A DNA stretch of 64,000 nucleotides from Andalucia godoyi And28 (lineage: Eukaryota; Protista; Jakobida): positions 302,448 through 366,447 of the forward strand of contig VRVR01000007.1 in assembly GCA_009859145.1 (NCBI GenBank), given 5' to 3'. Shown here in pieces: positions 19,695 to 30,100 of this stretch (positions within the stretch are counted from its first letter, which is position 1; the number at the start of each line of letters is the position of its first letter). A model generated the notes under the pieces. It worked only from the letters and a program-made list of their open reading frames with translations. It did not search any database and was not told the DNA's origin. The position numbers were made by a program, and so were the translations under genes.

Positions 19695-21452
19695 TCATGG
19701 ACCGAGTAAGAAAAACGCAAATAGAAACAGAGCTGCATGGAGGATCGAGTGGGTCCCGTTGGTTGCCGAATTGACTGTGGAGGAGACTGCAGTCTGCCAG
19801 ACATCGGTGGCATCGAGGGTTGGATACAATCGTGTGCTGTCCCAGAACGCGCACTTTGCATACTGTGCGTCCTGCATTGCGGAGGTGCTGCCATTGAACT
19901 GCATTTGCATCTTGGTTTGAAGAGTGAAGTCGTTCCACTGCAAGCCAGCTCCCTGGTTCACGTCGCCGCCAAACCGGACAAACCTGGCCCAGTACGTGGA
20001 CATTAGATCAGCAAGCGTCTGCTGAGTCGGAGCAAGCGCTTTTCCATTCAAATTTGATGCGTTGAACACGTACACCACCTCGGCTGAATGACAAACACAG
20101 TCCGCACACGCGCCTGTGGATTGATTTGCACCGGGCAGTTGCGCAAACAAGTAGCTGTATGCATGAGGAACTGGTTTCGTGACAGCAAACGAACGGATGG
20201 CAGTCAGTGCAGCCAGACTCGGGCATCGAAACACATAGTCAGTAAGAACCTCGGAAAGCTTCAGATAGCATGAGATTCCTGACGAGCAAGTGCCATAGTG
20301 TAGTGAAACCTTGAGCGCGTTTTCCACACCAAAGATGGCACTGATGATTGCATAGTACTCTTCCCACGAGACAGACTGGGTTTTGAAAATTGCAGAAATA
20401 AACAAGACTGATTCATTCAGGTTCGTTCCGATGATCACAGATACATTCTTGAACACTCCTTTAGTGTACTGTTGAATGGGATCGGCAACGACATAGTCTC
20501 CGTCGACAACTGGGTCAACTAGCAGCAAGTACTTCATATTTCCAGGAAGAAGCAGGGACCACTCCATCACCGAGTCTGACGCGGCCAAGAGAGCCTGCGG
20601 GGACGCACTCCGCAGGCACGTCATTCCTGAAGCAGAATCAGAGGCAGGGTTCGGACAGCTGAGCTTTTCCGCAACCGTGTTTCCCAGTACAGCAGCGGCC
20701 TTCAAGGATCGATACTGAACTGCAAAGGGATTTGATTCTTGGATAACACCTGAAAAATACATCCATGAACCAGGCGAAGTGTGGTGGATCGCCGTGCTCA
20801 TCGCCCCCGCACTTTCACCAACGATCGCGACCTGCGACTTGTCTCCACCAAACGCAGCAATGTTTGCCTGGACCCATTGCAACGCAAACCGTTGGTCTTT
20901 GATTCCGTAATTTCCGGAAGCATCCCGCGCCCCACTCCCAGATCCCGTCACAAGAAACCCCAGCGGCCCCACACGGTACTGCGCAGCAACATATACAGCT
21001 CTCATACTTGCAAATGTCGACCCGCGATACTGCTGCTGCGCAATCGAACCGAAGATGAAGGCCCCGCCGTAAATCCAGAAGAAAACAGGCAGCTGTTCAC
21101 CAGGTTGCAAGTCGCTCGGAGTATAAATATCTAAATACAAGCAGTCTTCCGAAAGCTGCAGTCCGCAGTTCCCAAGTGCAGGAATGCACGGCTGGTAGCA
21201 TGAAGCCCTCTGGTACGTCGCATTGTACGGCTCAGTCCACGCTGCTGGCGCTTCTGGGTTGGTCCATCGATACTCGCCTACGGGTGGCCGGGCGAACGGA
21301 ATCCCCAGAAAAGCGCGGACGCTCGAACTGTACTGAAAACCGTACACCGGGCCGTATGTGGTGGTGACAGCCAGCGAGTTTTGTGCAGCAGTCACGGGAG
21401 TGCTCGATGCAACGGCGGCTATCGCAAAAATCATCAGTAGCGGTCGAATCAT
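19695..21452 (-). CDS. Secreted type-B carboxylesterase/cholinesterase-like enzyme, possibly GPI-anchored, 585 aa
   Basis: Signal peptide, FLGIPFARPP, SEDCLYLDIY, IYGGAF oxyanion motif, GESAG serine, NLNES Glu, CHSAE His and a hydrophobic C-terminal tail. Confidence 0.92.
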   Translation of the reverse strand: MIRPLLMIFAIAAVASSTPVTAAQNSLAVTTTYGPVYGFQYSSSVRAFLGIPFARPPVGEYRWTNPEAPAAWTEPYNATYQRASCYQPCIPALGNCGLQLSEDCLYLDIYTPSDLQPGEQLPVFFWIYGGAFIFGSIAQQQYRGSTFASMRAVYVAAQYRVGPLGFLVTGSGSGARDASGNYGIKDQRFALQWVQANIAAFGGDKSQVAIVGESAGAMSTAIHHTSPGSWMYFSGVIQESNPFAVQYRSLKAAAVLGNTVAEKLSCPNPASDSASGMTCLRSASPQALLAASDSVMEWSLLLPGNMKYLLLVDPVVDGDYVVADPIQQYTKGVFKNVSVIIGTNLNESVLFISAIFKTQSVSWEEYYAIISAIFGVENALKVSLHYGTCSSGISCYLKLSEVLTDYVFRCPSLAALTAIRSFAVTKPVPHAYSYLFAQLPGANQSTGACADCVCHSAEVVYVFNASNLNGKALAPTQQTLADLMSTYWARFVRFGGDVNQGAGLQWNDFTLQTKMQMQFNGSTSAMQDAQYAKCAFWDSTRLYPTLDATDVWQTAVSSTVNSATNGTHSILHAALFLFAFFLLGP

Positions 21453-21679
21453 GATATCTATGAGTTTCTTCTATTCTTTCCTCGTTGATGTAAGATCTTT
21501 AATTCCAAAAAAAAAAAGAGGATACAGGGAAAGCCAGTCCAAACACCGTCTTTGATTGAATAATATAAATTAATTAAATGAAAAAGAAAACACAAGCAAA
21601 CAAAACAAGACAACAAGACAACAAAAACTACTCAAAAAGAAAAGAAAAAAACACCATCAGAAAACAATCTGGATTCGCA

Positions 21680-21698
21680 GAATCGGGAAAATCGGGAG
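21680..21698. promoter_or_regulatory. Tandem AATCGGGA motif in a divergent promoter (one instance of a recurrent motif)
   Basis: GAATCGGGAAAATCGGGAG; related motifs recur upstream of several other genes (see findings). Confidence 0.4.
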
Positions 21699-21907
21699 AG
21701 AGTTGCTTTTTGTGTCGATTTCCCCGCATCGTTTGACCAGTTTTGGGCATTTCTGCGTCCAGGTTCCAGAGATGCTTGACTACAGCAAAAGAGTCCAGAA
21801 AAATGATAATGATAAAACAAAACAAAAATCCACCGAGTGTGCGAATCTTTAAAGTTTTGACTTTGAGCTGTGTATGTTCGTGGAACCAAAAAAAAAAAAA
21901 AAAAAGG

Positions 21908-23362
21908 ATGGAGGTGCCTGACCAACGATCCTTGGTGTCGGGGCGCTATGACTTGCTGAGCGTGCATCCGGATGTCGTTTCGTTCTTGTGCAGAGTCCAC
22001 GATTCGCCATTTCGATCATGGATATCGCAAAGCACATTCTTTGATCCTCAATTATCCGAAATTGCGCGGAACATCATTCGTTTTGGACGCGGAGCAGCCG
22101 AATCGTCACATCTCGGAGCAGCGCCGCCTCCTTATGCATCCTCTTCCTCATTCAATAATGATAGCAACAGTAGTAGGATGTCGGATCGACCGCTGAGCTT
22201 TCTGGACAATTCGGCATTTGTCTATTGCCCATTTGCGCAGTTCTCAGGCGACGGTGCTGGGCTGTATGTCTGGAACCGACTCGTTGTTGTTTGGGATGGT
22301 TCGGATTCAATCGATGTCGTGAACTTAGCGCAGATTGCTAACAAGCCTGCATGTGCGCTGACTTTTGGACCAAAAGGGTTTTCACAATTCTTTCTCGATC
22401 CTCCCAGCGCTGACAGCGGACTTGGATTTCTTGCGATTCAGCTGACGGAAGACTCGCCGATCCTTGGTCGATTGTTTCGAATCCACTCGGCGGTGAACAT
22501 GCACATGCTTTTCGATAAGCTGCAGACTGTCACTGCCACGTATGCAATTCGTTCTGAGTGGCGAGATGGGTTCGTGGCGGAAGGCTCTGCGTCGCACAAA
22601 CTCAGTAACGCAAGCTTTGCAAAGGAGAGGCTGAGGAATATGCGATCGAAGATACCGGTTGGATTCAAATTCTCGATTCCAACGGTACTCAATTCCGAGG
22701 CATCTTCGCGTGCAGAGTGGATGGCGTACCAGCAATCCTGCCAATACTTTTGTGGGCGGTGCTTGACATGTTTTGCCACGACTCCTGTTATGTGGAGTAT
22801 TTGCGACTCTGCGTCAAGCAAAGAAATCAACTGCGGGACGGTTGTTCGCACAGGCTGTTGCGGAGACAAGAAGACCATCGTGATTGACCGAACGCCGTTT
22901 TTATGTGTGTCTTGTGGGTCGAGCTACGAGATCGATATTCCAACTCAGACCCTCTATCAGCGAACGTCGTGTTCTCCACAAGGCATCCTATGCTTCCCGT
23001 TTATTTGGATTTGGCCCGTGCTGCTGCTCAATCCTCCGTTGTGCAACATCGGATGCAGGACTGCGGATTTGGGGGTCTTTAGCATGGTTTCCGACGATCT
23101 CGAAGATCCAGAAGCAGTCAAGAAACGAGCGTCCGCTTACTACCCGTCATCTCAGGTACGCTTTATGGCAATTATCCCCCCACCTCCTCCGGTTCCTATG
23201 GATATGGGAATCAAGTCCGAGAGCTTTCTGATCGTTGCGCAATCCTGCTGCTGCCCGTCTGGTCCGTCGTCCGAGCCAGATCTCCACAAAACACTTCGTG
23301 TCCGTCAAGCCTTTTCTGAGCTAGGTGTCTACTCCAGTCTGCGCGAGAATCTCGCGCTTTAA
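21908..23362 (+). CDS. Hypothetical protein with a Cys-rich C-terminal half and a PPPY motif, ~484 aa
   Basis: Long ORF starting after a poly-A leader (ATG 21908); CxxC pairs present; no family recognised. Confidence 0.65.
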   Translation: MEVPDQRSLVSGRYDLLSVHPDVVSFLCRVHDSPFRSWISQSTFFDPQLSEIARNIIRFGRGAAESSHLGAAPPPYASSSSFNNDSNSSRMSDRPLSFLDNSAFVYCPFAQFSGDGAGLYVWNRLVVVWDGSDSIDVVNLAQIANKPACALTFGPKGFSQFFLDPPSADSGLGFLAIQLTEDSPILGRLFRIHSAVNMHMLFDKLQTVTATYAIRSEWRDGFVAEGSASHKLSNASFAKERLRNMRSKIPVGFKFSIPTVLNSEASSRAEWMAYQQSCQYFCGRCLTCFATTPVMWSICDSASSKEINCGTVVRTGCCGDKKTIVIDRTPFLCVSCGSSYEIDIPTQTLYQRTSCSPQGILCFPFIWIWPVLLLNPPLCNIGCRTADLGVFSMVSDDLEDPEAVKKRASAYYPSSQVRFMAIIPPPPPVPMDMGIKSESFLIVAQSCCCPSGPSSEPDLHKTLRVRQAFSELGVYSSLRENLAL

Positions 23363-23849
23363 TTCTGCGCTTTCTCTTTGCTTAATCTATTTCTCCCGTT
23401 TTCTTTTCTTTGTTAGTCCGCTTCTCTCTTTTTCGTCTTCTTCGTCTTCCCCATTTATTTATTTTAATTTTTTTTTGTGCTGTTTCTCATTTCATTTTTT
23501 GCGCGGTTGTAGTTTGTGTCGGAAATCAGGAAATCGGGGATGCCCGTTTTTAGTAAAATTATCCGACTGCATGTTTCCGATCCGCTCGTTTCCGGGCTCT
23601 AAATCCCATCGATGCACATCATTCCACAGATCTTCATCATACAAGGAAGAAAAACACCTGTGTCGATGATCATCATCGTCATCACCATCGTCGTCGTCGT
23701 GGCCATCACCATCACCACCGCTGAAGCTCTCAAGAGAAAGAAAAAAAAAAAAAGACTGCTGTTTCGTGAAATCGATTTTTTTTTTTTGATATTTTATTTC
23801 TTGCCTGTGTATATTGAGTTGCAGCTCATTCGACAGCCGTATTCGCGCA

Positions 23850-26519
23850 ATGCAGGCACTGCCGTCTCTCCTCAGCTCCTTTTTCGAAAGGTTTGAGGAA
23901 ATGTCTGGGCAATTGAAGGCATGCGTCGGCGAAATCTCATGCTTGAAACGTGAAGTCTCGCAAAAGGATTCAGAGATTGCACAGCTGTATTCCCGCATTT
24001 TGGTGTCTGATGCGTTGAACAATGTGAGATTCCGCGAGTGTGAGCGCACGTCTCGTGGCATTGCGCAGCTCACGGAGGAATTGGTAGAGTCTTCGGCTGC
24101 TGGTCTCCGAAATGAGATGACAGGCCTCGTGCGATCGTCGTTGGAGAGTGTGCATGATGAAGTCCAGCTGCTGAAGCAAAGCGCAGTGAACCACAGAGCA
24201 GCAGTGAGTGACCGCTTGCTGAATGTTGAGAGAAGCATTGCAGAAGCATCACATTTGCTTTCCGAGAGGTGTTTGACGAATGCAAGGGTGTTAGAAGCAC
24301 TCACTAGTCGGTTCAGTGATTTCCAGCAGATTATGACTGAAAAACACGATTCATTCGAGATTTCATTCTTGGGAATCGAAGAAATTGTGAAAGCATTGAG
24401 TAGCTCGGTGAGCGCACACTCCGCCGAGTTGTATGAATTGAAAGATGGCGCTGCCGAGATGATATCGACTATTGCAAGTTTGTCTGCGGGTAAGGATGTC
24501 CTATCGGTTCGACTCGACAACGTGGATCAGTCACTCCAAGCTGCGCACACAGAGGTTTTGCTAATTCAACAATTCTCGGAGTGTCAGTCTTTGGAGATTT
24601 CGGGTTTGCGGGAGTCGAGCGCGGCTGCGCAGTCATGTGTGGACGGTCTTCGAAAGCAGATGGGCGCCTTGGAAAGGCAGTTGCAAGAGACCGTGCATTC
24701 ATTCGATACCGGGCTTCAAGATCTGGCTGTTTCATGTGCGAAAAAGGAAGCGGTGGAACTTGAAATTGCATCTATTCGTGCACAAGTTCTCGAGGATTTG
24801 AATGCTGCGCAGGATGTTGTGTCCACGATGCACAGGGAGCTTGTGGATCGTGTAGAGCGATTGGATGAGAAGGAAACTGCAGAAGTGCTACGACTTTCTC
24901 ATGATATTCACAAACTTGCTGCCAGCAGCGAAATTGTCTCTGGCACCTGCGAGAATCTTGACAGCCGTCTAGTAGAACTCCTCGGTAAGTCAGCGCAGCA
25001 ACAAGAATTCAGTTGTTCAATTCGGAAAGATGTGGATTGCATGCGGACTGGATTGGCCTCTGTCGAAGAAAATGCAAACATTACGTCGCAGAACGTTCAG
25101 AATGTGCGAGCGCAGCTGTCCAACCTGTCTGACGGCATATCCAAGCAGCGCGAGTCTCTAGAAGCTGCCAACTTGCTTGCTGAATCAACGGCTCATCTCG
25201 TAGGCGTACATCAGAGGGTGCTCGATGAATTGAAGTCAGAGATGTCACAGCATTGTGGAGCCGTTGCTGCAGTGGAGCATTCTTTGCGTGGTGTGAAGGA
25301 AGTTGCTGAAATTCAATCCAAGTCTCTGGAAGAGGAGCAGTTCAAATTTGCCGACCTTGTGTCTGCTGCAAAAGCGCTTGAATTGCATATCCACGATTTG
25401 CAAGCACACCTCCATTCTAGTGTTTCGATTCTGCAGAGGGATCTTGGCGTGTTGAGCCAGGAGATTGTCGAATCGAAGGAGCACACGAATGCTCGTCTCT
25501 CTGCCTGCGACATCATGATCGCCGAACTGTCCGCAAATTTGACAGCGACGAACAGCCTTGCAGCGGAAACGGACACGAGGACGATGGTCGAAGTACGGCA
25601 CGTCGGCGATCTACTTGTGGCATTGGAGTCGGAAGTATCGGAGCAGTCAAAAGTGTTTTCGGAAATGTTCAAGAACTTGGATGACTCGGTTGTATCTCGT
25701 TTCCTTGATCATTCAAGCTGGTGCAGAGCGGAGGTATCCGAAGGACTGTCAAGCATTCGCTTGGAGCTGGCAGAAATTTTCAACCCGCGATTCCAAAAAG
25801 TCGATGCGGCTGTGTCAGAGCACTCTGCAGTGTTACGGGGAGAAGTGAGCGCATGTCTTGAAAGGTGCAGTTCGGAAGTGTCGTCGTGTGCTTCTCGAAT
25901 GGACTCGTTGTCCGCCTCACTTGCAGACCGTTTATCGCACATTGAGACGGACGTGAAGAACCGAATGGACGAAATCAAAGGCGAGGTTGCGTCCGCTTCC
26001 ACAGCGAACGACATCGCCATCTCATCTGTTGAAGACAACAGCTTGAAACTGCAAGAGCTTTGGAGCACAAAACTGTCGGTATTGGAGGATCAGATTCCTC
26101 TTACATCTAAGCGTATGGAGCGATTTGAGCAAGTGCTGCGTCTCGTTGCGCAGCGCTTTTCGGAGCCCGTTCTGGAAAAGAAGCAATTCATTGTTGATTC
26201 GCGAGACCAGGTGGCAAAGTCGACTGGCTACCCCATTGCGCAATGGGAGGCAATCGTCGTCAACTCGAGCATTTCTGACGCCGTCAATTCTTCAATGCCC
26301 CTCAAGGAACACTATGACGTGACGTTGACGAACGGCGATGGATCCTCTCAAGAATGGACAGTCAAGCTCGTTTATCATTCCTTGACACCCGTTGAAGCAG
26401 AAAAATCCAAAAAAGACAAGGACAAGAAGGGCATCCTTGCCCAGAGTGTCCAGCAACCCTCTTACGTGCTGGTGACCGCGGATGTCCTTTTCATCCGAAG
26501 AGCGTTTTCTCTTTCCTAA
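23850..26519 (+). CDS. Long coiled-coil protein with a small C-terminal globular domain, ~889 aa
   Basis: Heptad-rich L/E/S composition over ~770 aa; unrecognised beta-rich C-terminus. Confidence 0.75.
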   Translation: MQALPSLLSSFFERFEEMSGQLKACVGEISCLKREVSQKDSEIAQLYSRILVSDALNNVRFRECERTSRGIAQLTEELVESSAAGLRNEMTGLVRSSLESVHDEVQLLKQSAVNHRAAVSDRLLNVERSIAEASHLLSERCLTNARVLEALTSRFSDFQQIMTEKHDSFEISFLGIEEIVKALSSSVSAHSAELYELKDGAAEMISTIASLSAGKDVLSVRLDNVDQSLQAAHTEVLLIQQFSECQSLEISGLRESSAAAQSCVDGLRKQMGALERQLQETVHSFDTGLQDLAVSCAKKEAVELEIASIRAQVLEDLNAAQDVVSTMHRELVDRVERLDEKETAEVLRLSHDIHKLAASSEIVSGTCENLDSRLVELLGKSAQQQEFSCSIRKDVDCMRTGLASVEENANITSQNVQNVRAQLSNLSDGISKQRESLEAANLLAESTAHLVGVHQRVLDELKSEMSQHCGAVAAVEHSLRGVKEVAEIQSKSLEEEQFKFADLVSAAKALELHIHDLQAHLHSSVSILQRDLGVLSQEIVESKEHTNARLSACDIMIAELSANLTATNSLAAETDTRTMVEVRHVGDLLVALESEVSEQSKVFSEMFKNLDDSVVSRFLDHSSWCRAEVSEGLSSIRLELAEIFNPRFQKVDAAVSEHSAVLRGEVSACLERCSSEVSSCASRMDSLSASLADRLSHIETDVKNRMDEIKGEVASASTANDIAISSVEDNSLKLQELWSTKLSVLEDQIPLTSKRMERFEQVLRLVAQRFSEPVLEKKQFIVDSRDQVAKSTGYPIAQWEAIVVNSSISDAVNSSMPLKEHYDVTLTNGDGSSQEWTVKLVYHSLTPVEAEKSKKDKDKKGILAQSVQQPSYVLVTADVLFIRRAFSLS

Positions 26520-27101
26520 GGAATATTCATCATGTAACCTACGTCTTTCTCCACCTCATCTATGAGGAATATCCAGCTGTGTTTTTTGTTTGCATTTTCA
26601 TTTGCATATATTTATACATATATTTATCTTTTTTCTTTTCTTCTTGTCTGGTTGCTGTAAATACCGCCTTCGTGGACTGTTCGCAACGATCTGCGAACTC
26701 GTGCCCAGGAATGCTGCTGCGGCGTTCTCCAGAGCAGACGAGAGACACACGCAACTCACAACCGCCCCTCTCGACATCCCAAGAGAATCGCAATCCAGCA
26801 GCAGCTGTAATTGCCGCCCTTTTTTGTGTGTGTTGTGTGTTTCATTCATTCATTCGAGAAGCTCGGTCTTTCCCTTTTGCCAAAAGGTTGCTATTGTTTT
26901 GACCTCTTTCGCAGAACTGCTTTCTTCTTATTTTCTTTTTTCATATTTCGGACCACACACTTCTTTCAGTATCATTTTTTTTATTTTTATAATTAAAATT
27001 AAAATTAAAGTTAAACAAGAAGAAAAAGAAGAAAAAGAAGAAGAAAAGGGGAGAAGGATAGAAAGTGTCAACTTGCTAGGACCACTTTGATCGCAGTGCA
27101 G

Positions 27102-30100
27102 ATGCTGATATCATTGTCAGATCTCACAGCGGAAATACTGGGTGCTCCGGAGCAGATTGTTCTGCTTGTGAACAATCGGCATTCTGGGTTTATCGAAGAC
27201 CAAAAGCTCAGATTTGATGTTTTGCTTCAGCAAAGGGATTCTGAGATCGTGCTGTTGAAACGAGAGCTTTCTTCGAGGAAGGATCTGTCAGCCGAGCTTG
27301 CGCAGGCCAAGGACTCGCTTGACGAAGCTCATAAATTGATTGAGAAGCTGTCGAATGACTGTTTTTCGCTGCAACAGCAAGTTCGCACTTTAGAACGAGC
27401 AGCAGCGGAGCGCGATGCATGTGGCTCGCGAATGGAAGCGGAGGTTAGAATGGCAAAGGACAGAGAGGGCATCTCGAACAGGGAATTAGAACGGGTTAAG
27501 AGCGAATTGTCGGAAGGACGAAGTCTTATGCAGGTTGAATCCGCACGACATTTTCAGCAGGAATCTAAACTGCAGTCTCGCATATTTGAGCTTGAAAGAC
27601 AGGTCCAGAACCTGTCCGTGGCATCGACAAGGTTCCAGGAACAAATCACACTGGCTTCACAGACGATAGAGTCTTTGCAGGCTGTCATTCGGGAACGCGA
27701 GGAGCAAATTCATGAACTGCAGCAGCAGATTGTACCGCCTCCTCGGTTTTCAGATCTCAGCCATGCTGAGTTGAGGAGCGAGATCGAAAGACTGGTGACC
27801 GAGCAGGAACAGAATGCGCCATTGATCGAGGCTCGCGAGAAAGAGTTCCAATCTCTCAACAAGGCGCATCGAATGCTCTTGTCTCAGTATGCACAGCTGG
27901 AAAGCGATCTCGAACGAGATCGACGGGAGGCCCGGTATGAAAGAGAACAAAGTAGAGCATTGCGCATCGAAAAGGATTCGCTGGAGAAAACTATCAAGCA
28001 GCTGCAAGATGACATTCATGCGCTGACGGTATCCACCAGTGAGGATTTGGGGCCGAAGTTTGCAGAGAGGTATCGAACGCTTGTCCAAAGATGCCAGGAA
28101 CTCAGCATCACTGCAGAGAGTGCAATGGGTCTCGCTCGTCAAAAGTCGCATGAGGAGTATGCAAAGAAGAATGAAGAAGCTATTCGGCAAATTACGGAAA
28201 TGAAGGAGGAGAGAGAGAAGATCAAGAAATCGGTGGATTTGCTGCTGAAGCAACGAGATGAGTTGCTGCAGAAACTGACTGCGTTTAACGGTCCGGTTGC
28301 CCCACCTGGGCCTGCAAGCGCCGCGGCCTCACAATCAGATGAGCTGAAAAAACGGCTGGAGGAATATGAAAAGGTGGTCGTGCCTTCGATGCGTAGCGAG
28401 CTCGAGAGCTTGTCCCGGGAACGGTCGTCCATAATGGACATGATGCACAAACTTCAAACCTCCCTTCAGTCGCTTCAGGCGCTGTTGTCGGATGCAGAAA
28501 AGCGTGCACGCGAAGCAGAACATTTGAAGGCTCTTGCAGAGAAAGACCGGGATCTCGCCATGCAACAACGACAAATGATGCATGATCGGATTGCGGAGAT
28601 TTTGGCTGCCAAGGAGCGTACAGAAGCGCAGGTGGATGCTCTGAGCCGAATGGCAGGCGAAAGCGAATTTCTGCGCAAAGAAATTTCTAGAATGAAGGAG
28701 CAGGGCCCGATAATTGAACAGCTCAGACAGGACGTTGAGTTCGAGAAGTCTCGATCGGCCAGGCTCGAGGGAGAAGCTGCCAAGAGGTCTCTGTTAGAGG
28801 AGGAAAACACTCGTTTGAAGAATCAGTTAATTGAGTTGCGGATGAAGGTCGATGATCTGTCGTCGTCATTGGCATCCCAGCTGGAAGCCGCTACTGCCTT
28901 GGAAACTCAACTTGCAGAACGAGCGGTCCAGATTGAGACCGTTCTTGCTGACAAATCAAAGTACATTGAGCAGCTGCGTAACAGCCAGGAACGTGCGGAG
29001 TTCTTGGAGGCAACTTTGAAGGGTCTTCTAGAATCGAAGAAATCTGTTGATGAAATTGAGCGGCAAAAAACCGAACTGGAAGCGCGTTTCCGTGAGGAAA
29101 AGATCGGACACGGAAGATCCCTGGAGGGACTTCGGAAAGTTACCGACGATCTTGTCGCTGCTCTCAACAATATTTCCGTTCTGGAATCGAAAGTGGGCAC
29201 TCTTCAATCGGAAAATGCAATCATGGCCGCGCGGCTTTTTGAGACATCGCAAATGTACACACAGCAGTTGAAAGACCGGGACTCGCTTTTGCAGGAGAGG
29301 TCCCAGGAAATCGACAGGTTGCTTGCGCGGATTGAATCTGCCGCTATCCAAACGTCCACTCCGCTGCTGGCTGTTCACGATGGTGACACTTCTGTTTCAT
29401 TCATCAATTCTTCTGGAGATTATGTGGATAATTTGCGATTTCTCCGTCGGGAAAAATCCGTGGCAGAAGAAAAATTGTCGTCTGCAAGGAACGAAATTTC
29501 CTTGCTCAAATCGCGCCTAGCCGCCACAGAACAGGAGTTGTCGCAGGCAGCAAACAGTGTGTCGGACCGTCTTTCCGTTCTTGAAGAAACGCGAAGACAG
29601 TGCTCCATTTTCGAAGCAGCAGCGTCGTCGCTGCGCATGGACAGGGAATCATTGGAAAAGGAAGTTCGCCATCTTCGTAGCAGGCTTACAGATTTAATTT
29701 CGTCAGGAGCGTCTGCTGCACTGGAGACTCTTGGCAAGAAAGAGTCAGAGTGGATGGCGGAGAAGACCGAGCTTACGAATCACATCGCCGACTTGGAGGC
29801 GACAGTTCATCGCTATGAAGACGAAATCCGTGTTTGGCAGCAGCGTCTTTCTGCGGCAAAAAGCCAAATTCCGAATGGAGTTGAATTGGAGGACATGAGG
29901 AAGAAGCTGGCAGACGCGTCCAAACTTGCAGAAGATCATGCGAAAGAGGTTGCCGATTTCACAGCCCGCTTACAGGCGCAGTCAAAGGCGGTTGAGGATG
30001 CGCAGAAGCAACTGGAGGATCGAATTAAGCGGGAGCAATTCCTGAAGACGCGCATTCAGGCAATGCGTGAGGAGTGGACAGCGAAGGAGAAGGACTATCA

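Noticed and set aside
23492-24520. 342-aa antisense ORF
   Set aside because: Shadow of the coiled-coil gene plus low-complexity spacer; not protein-like.
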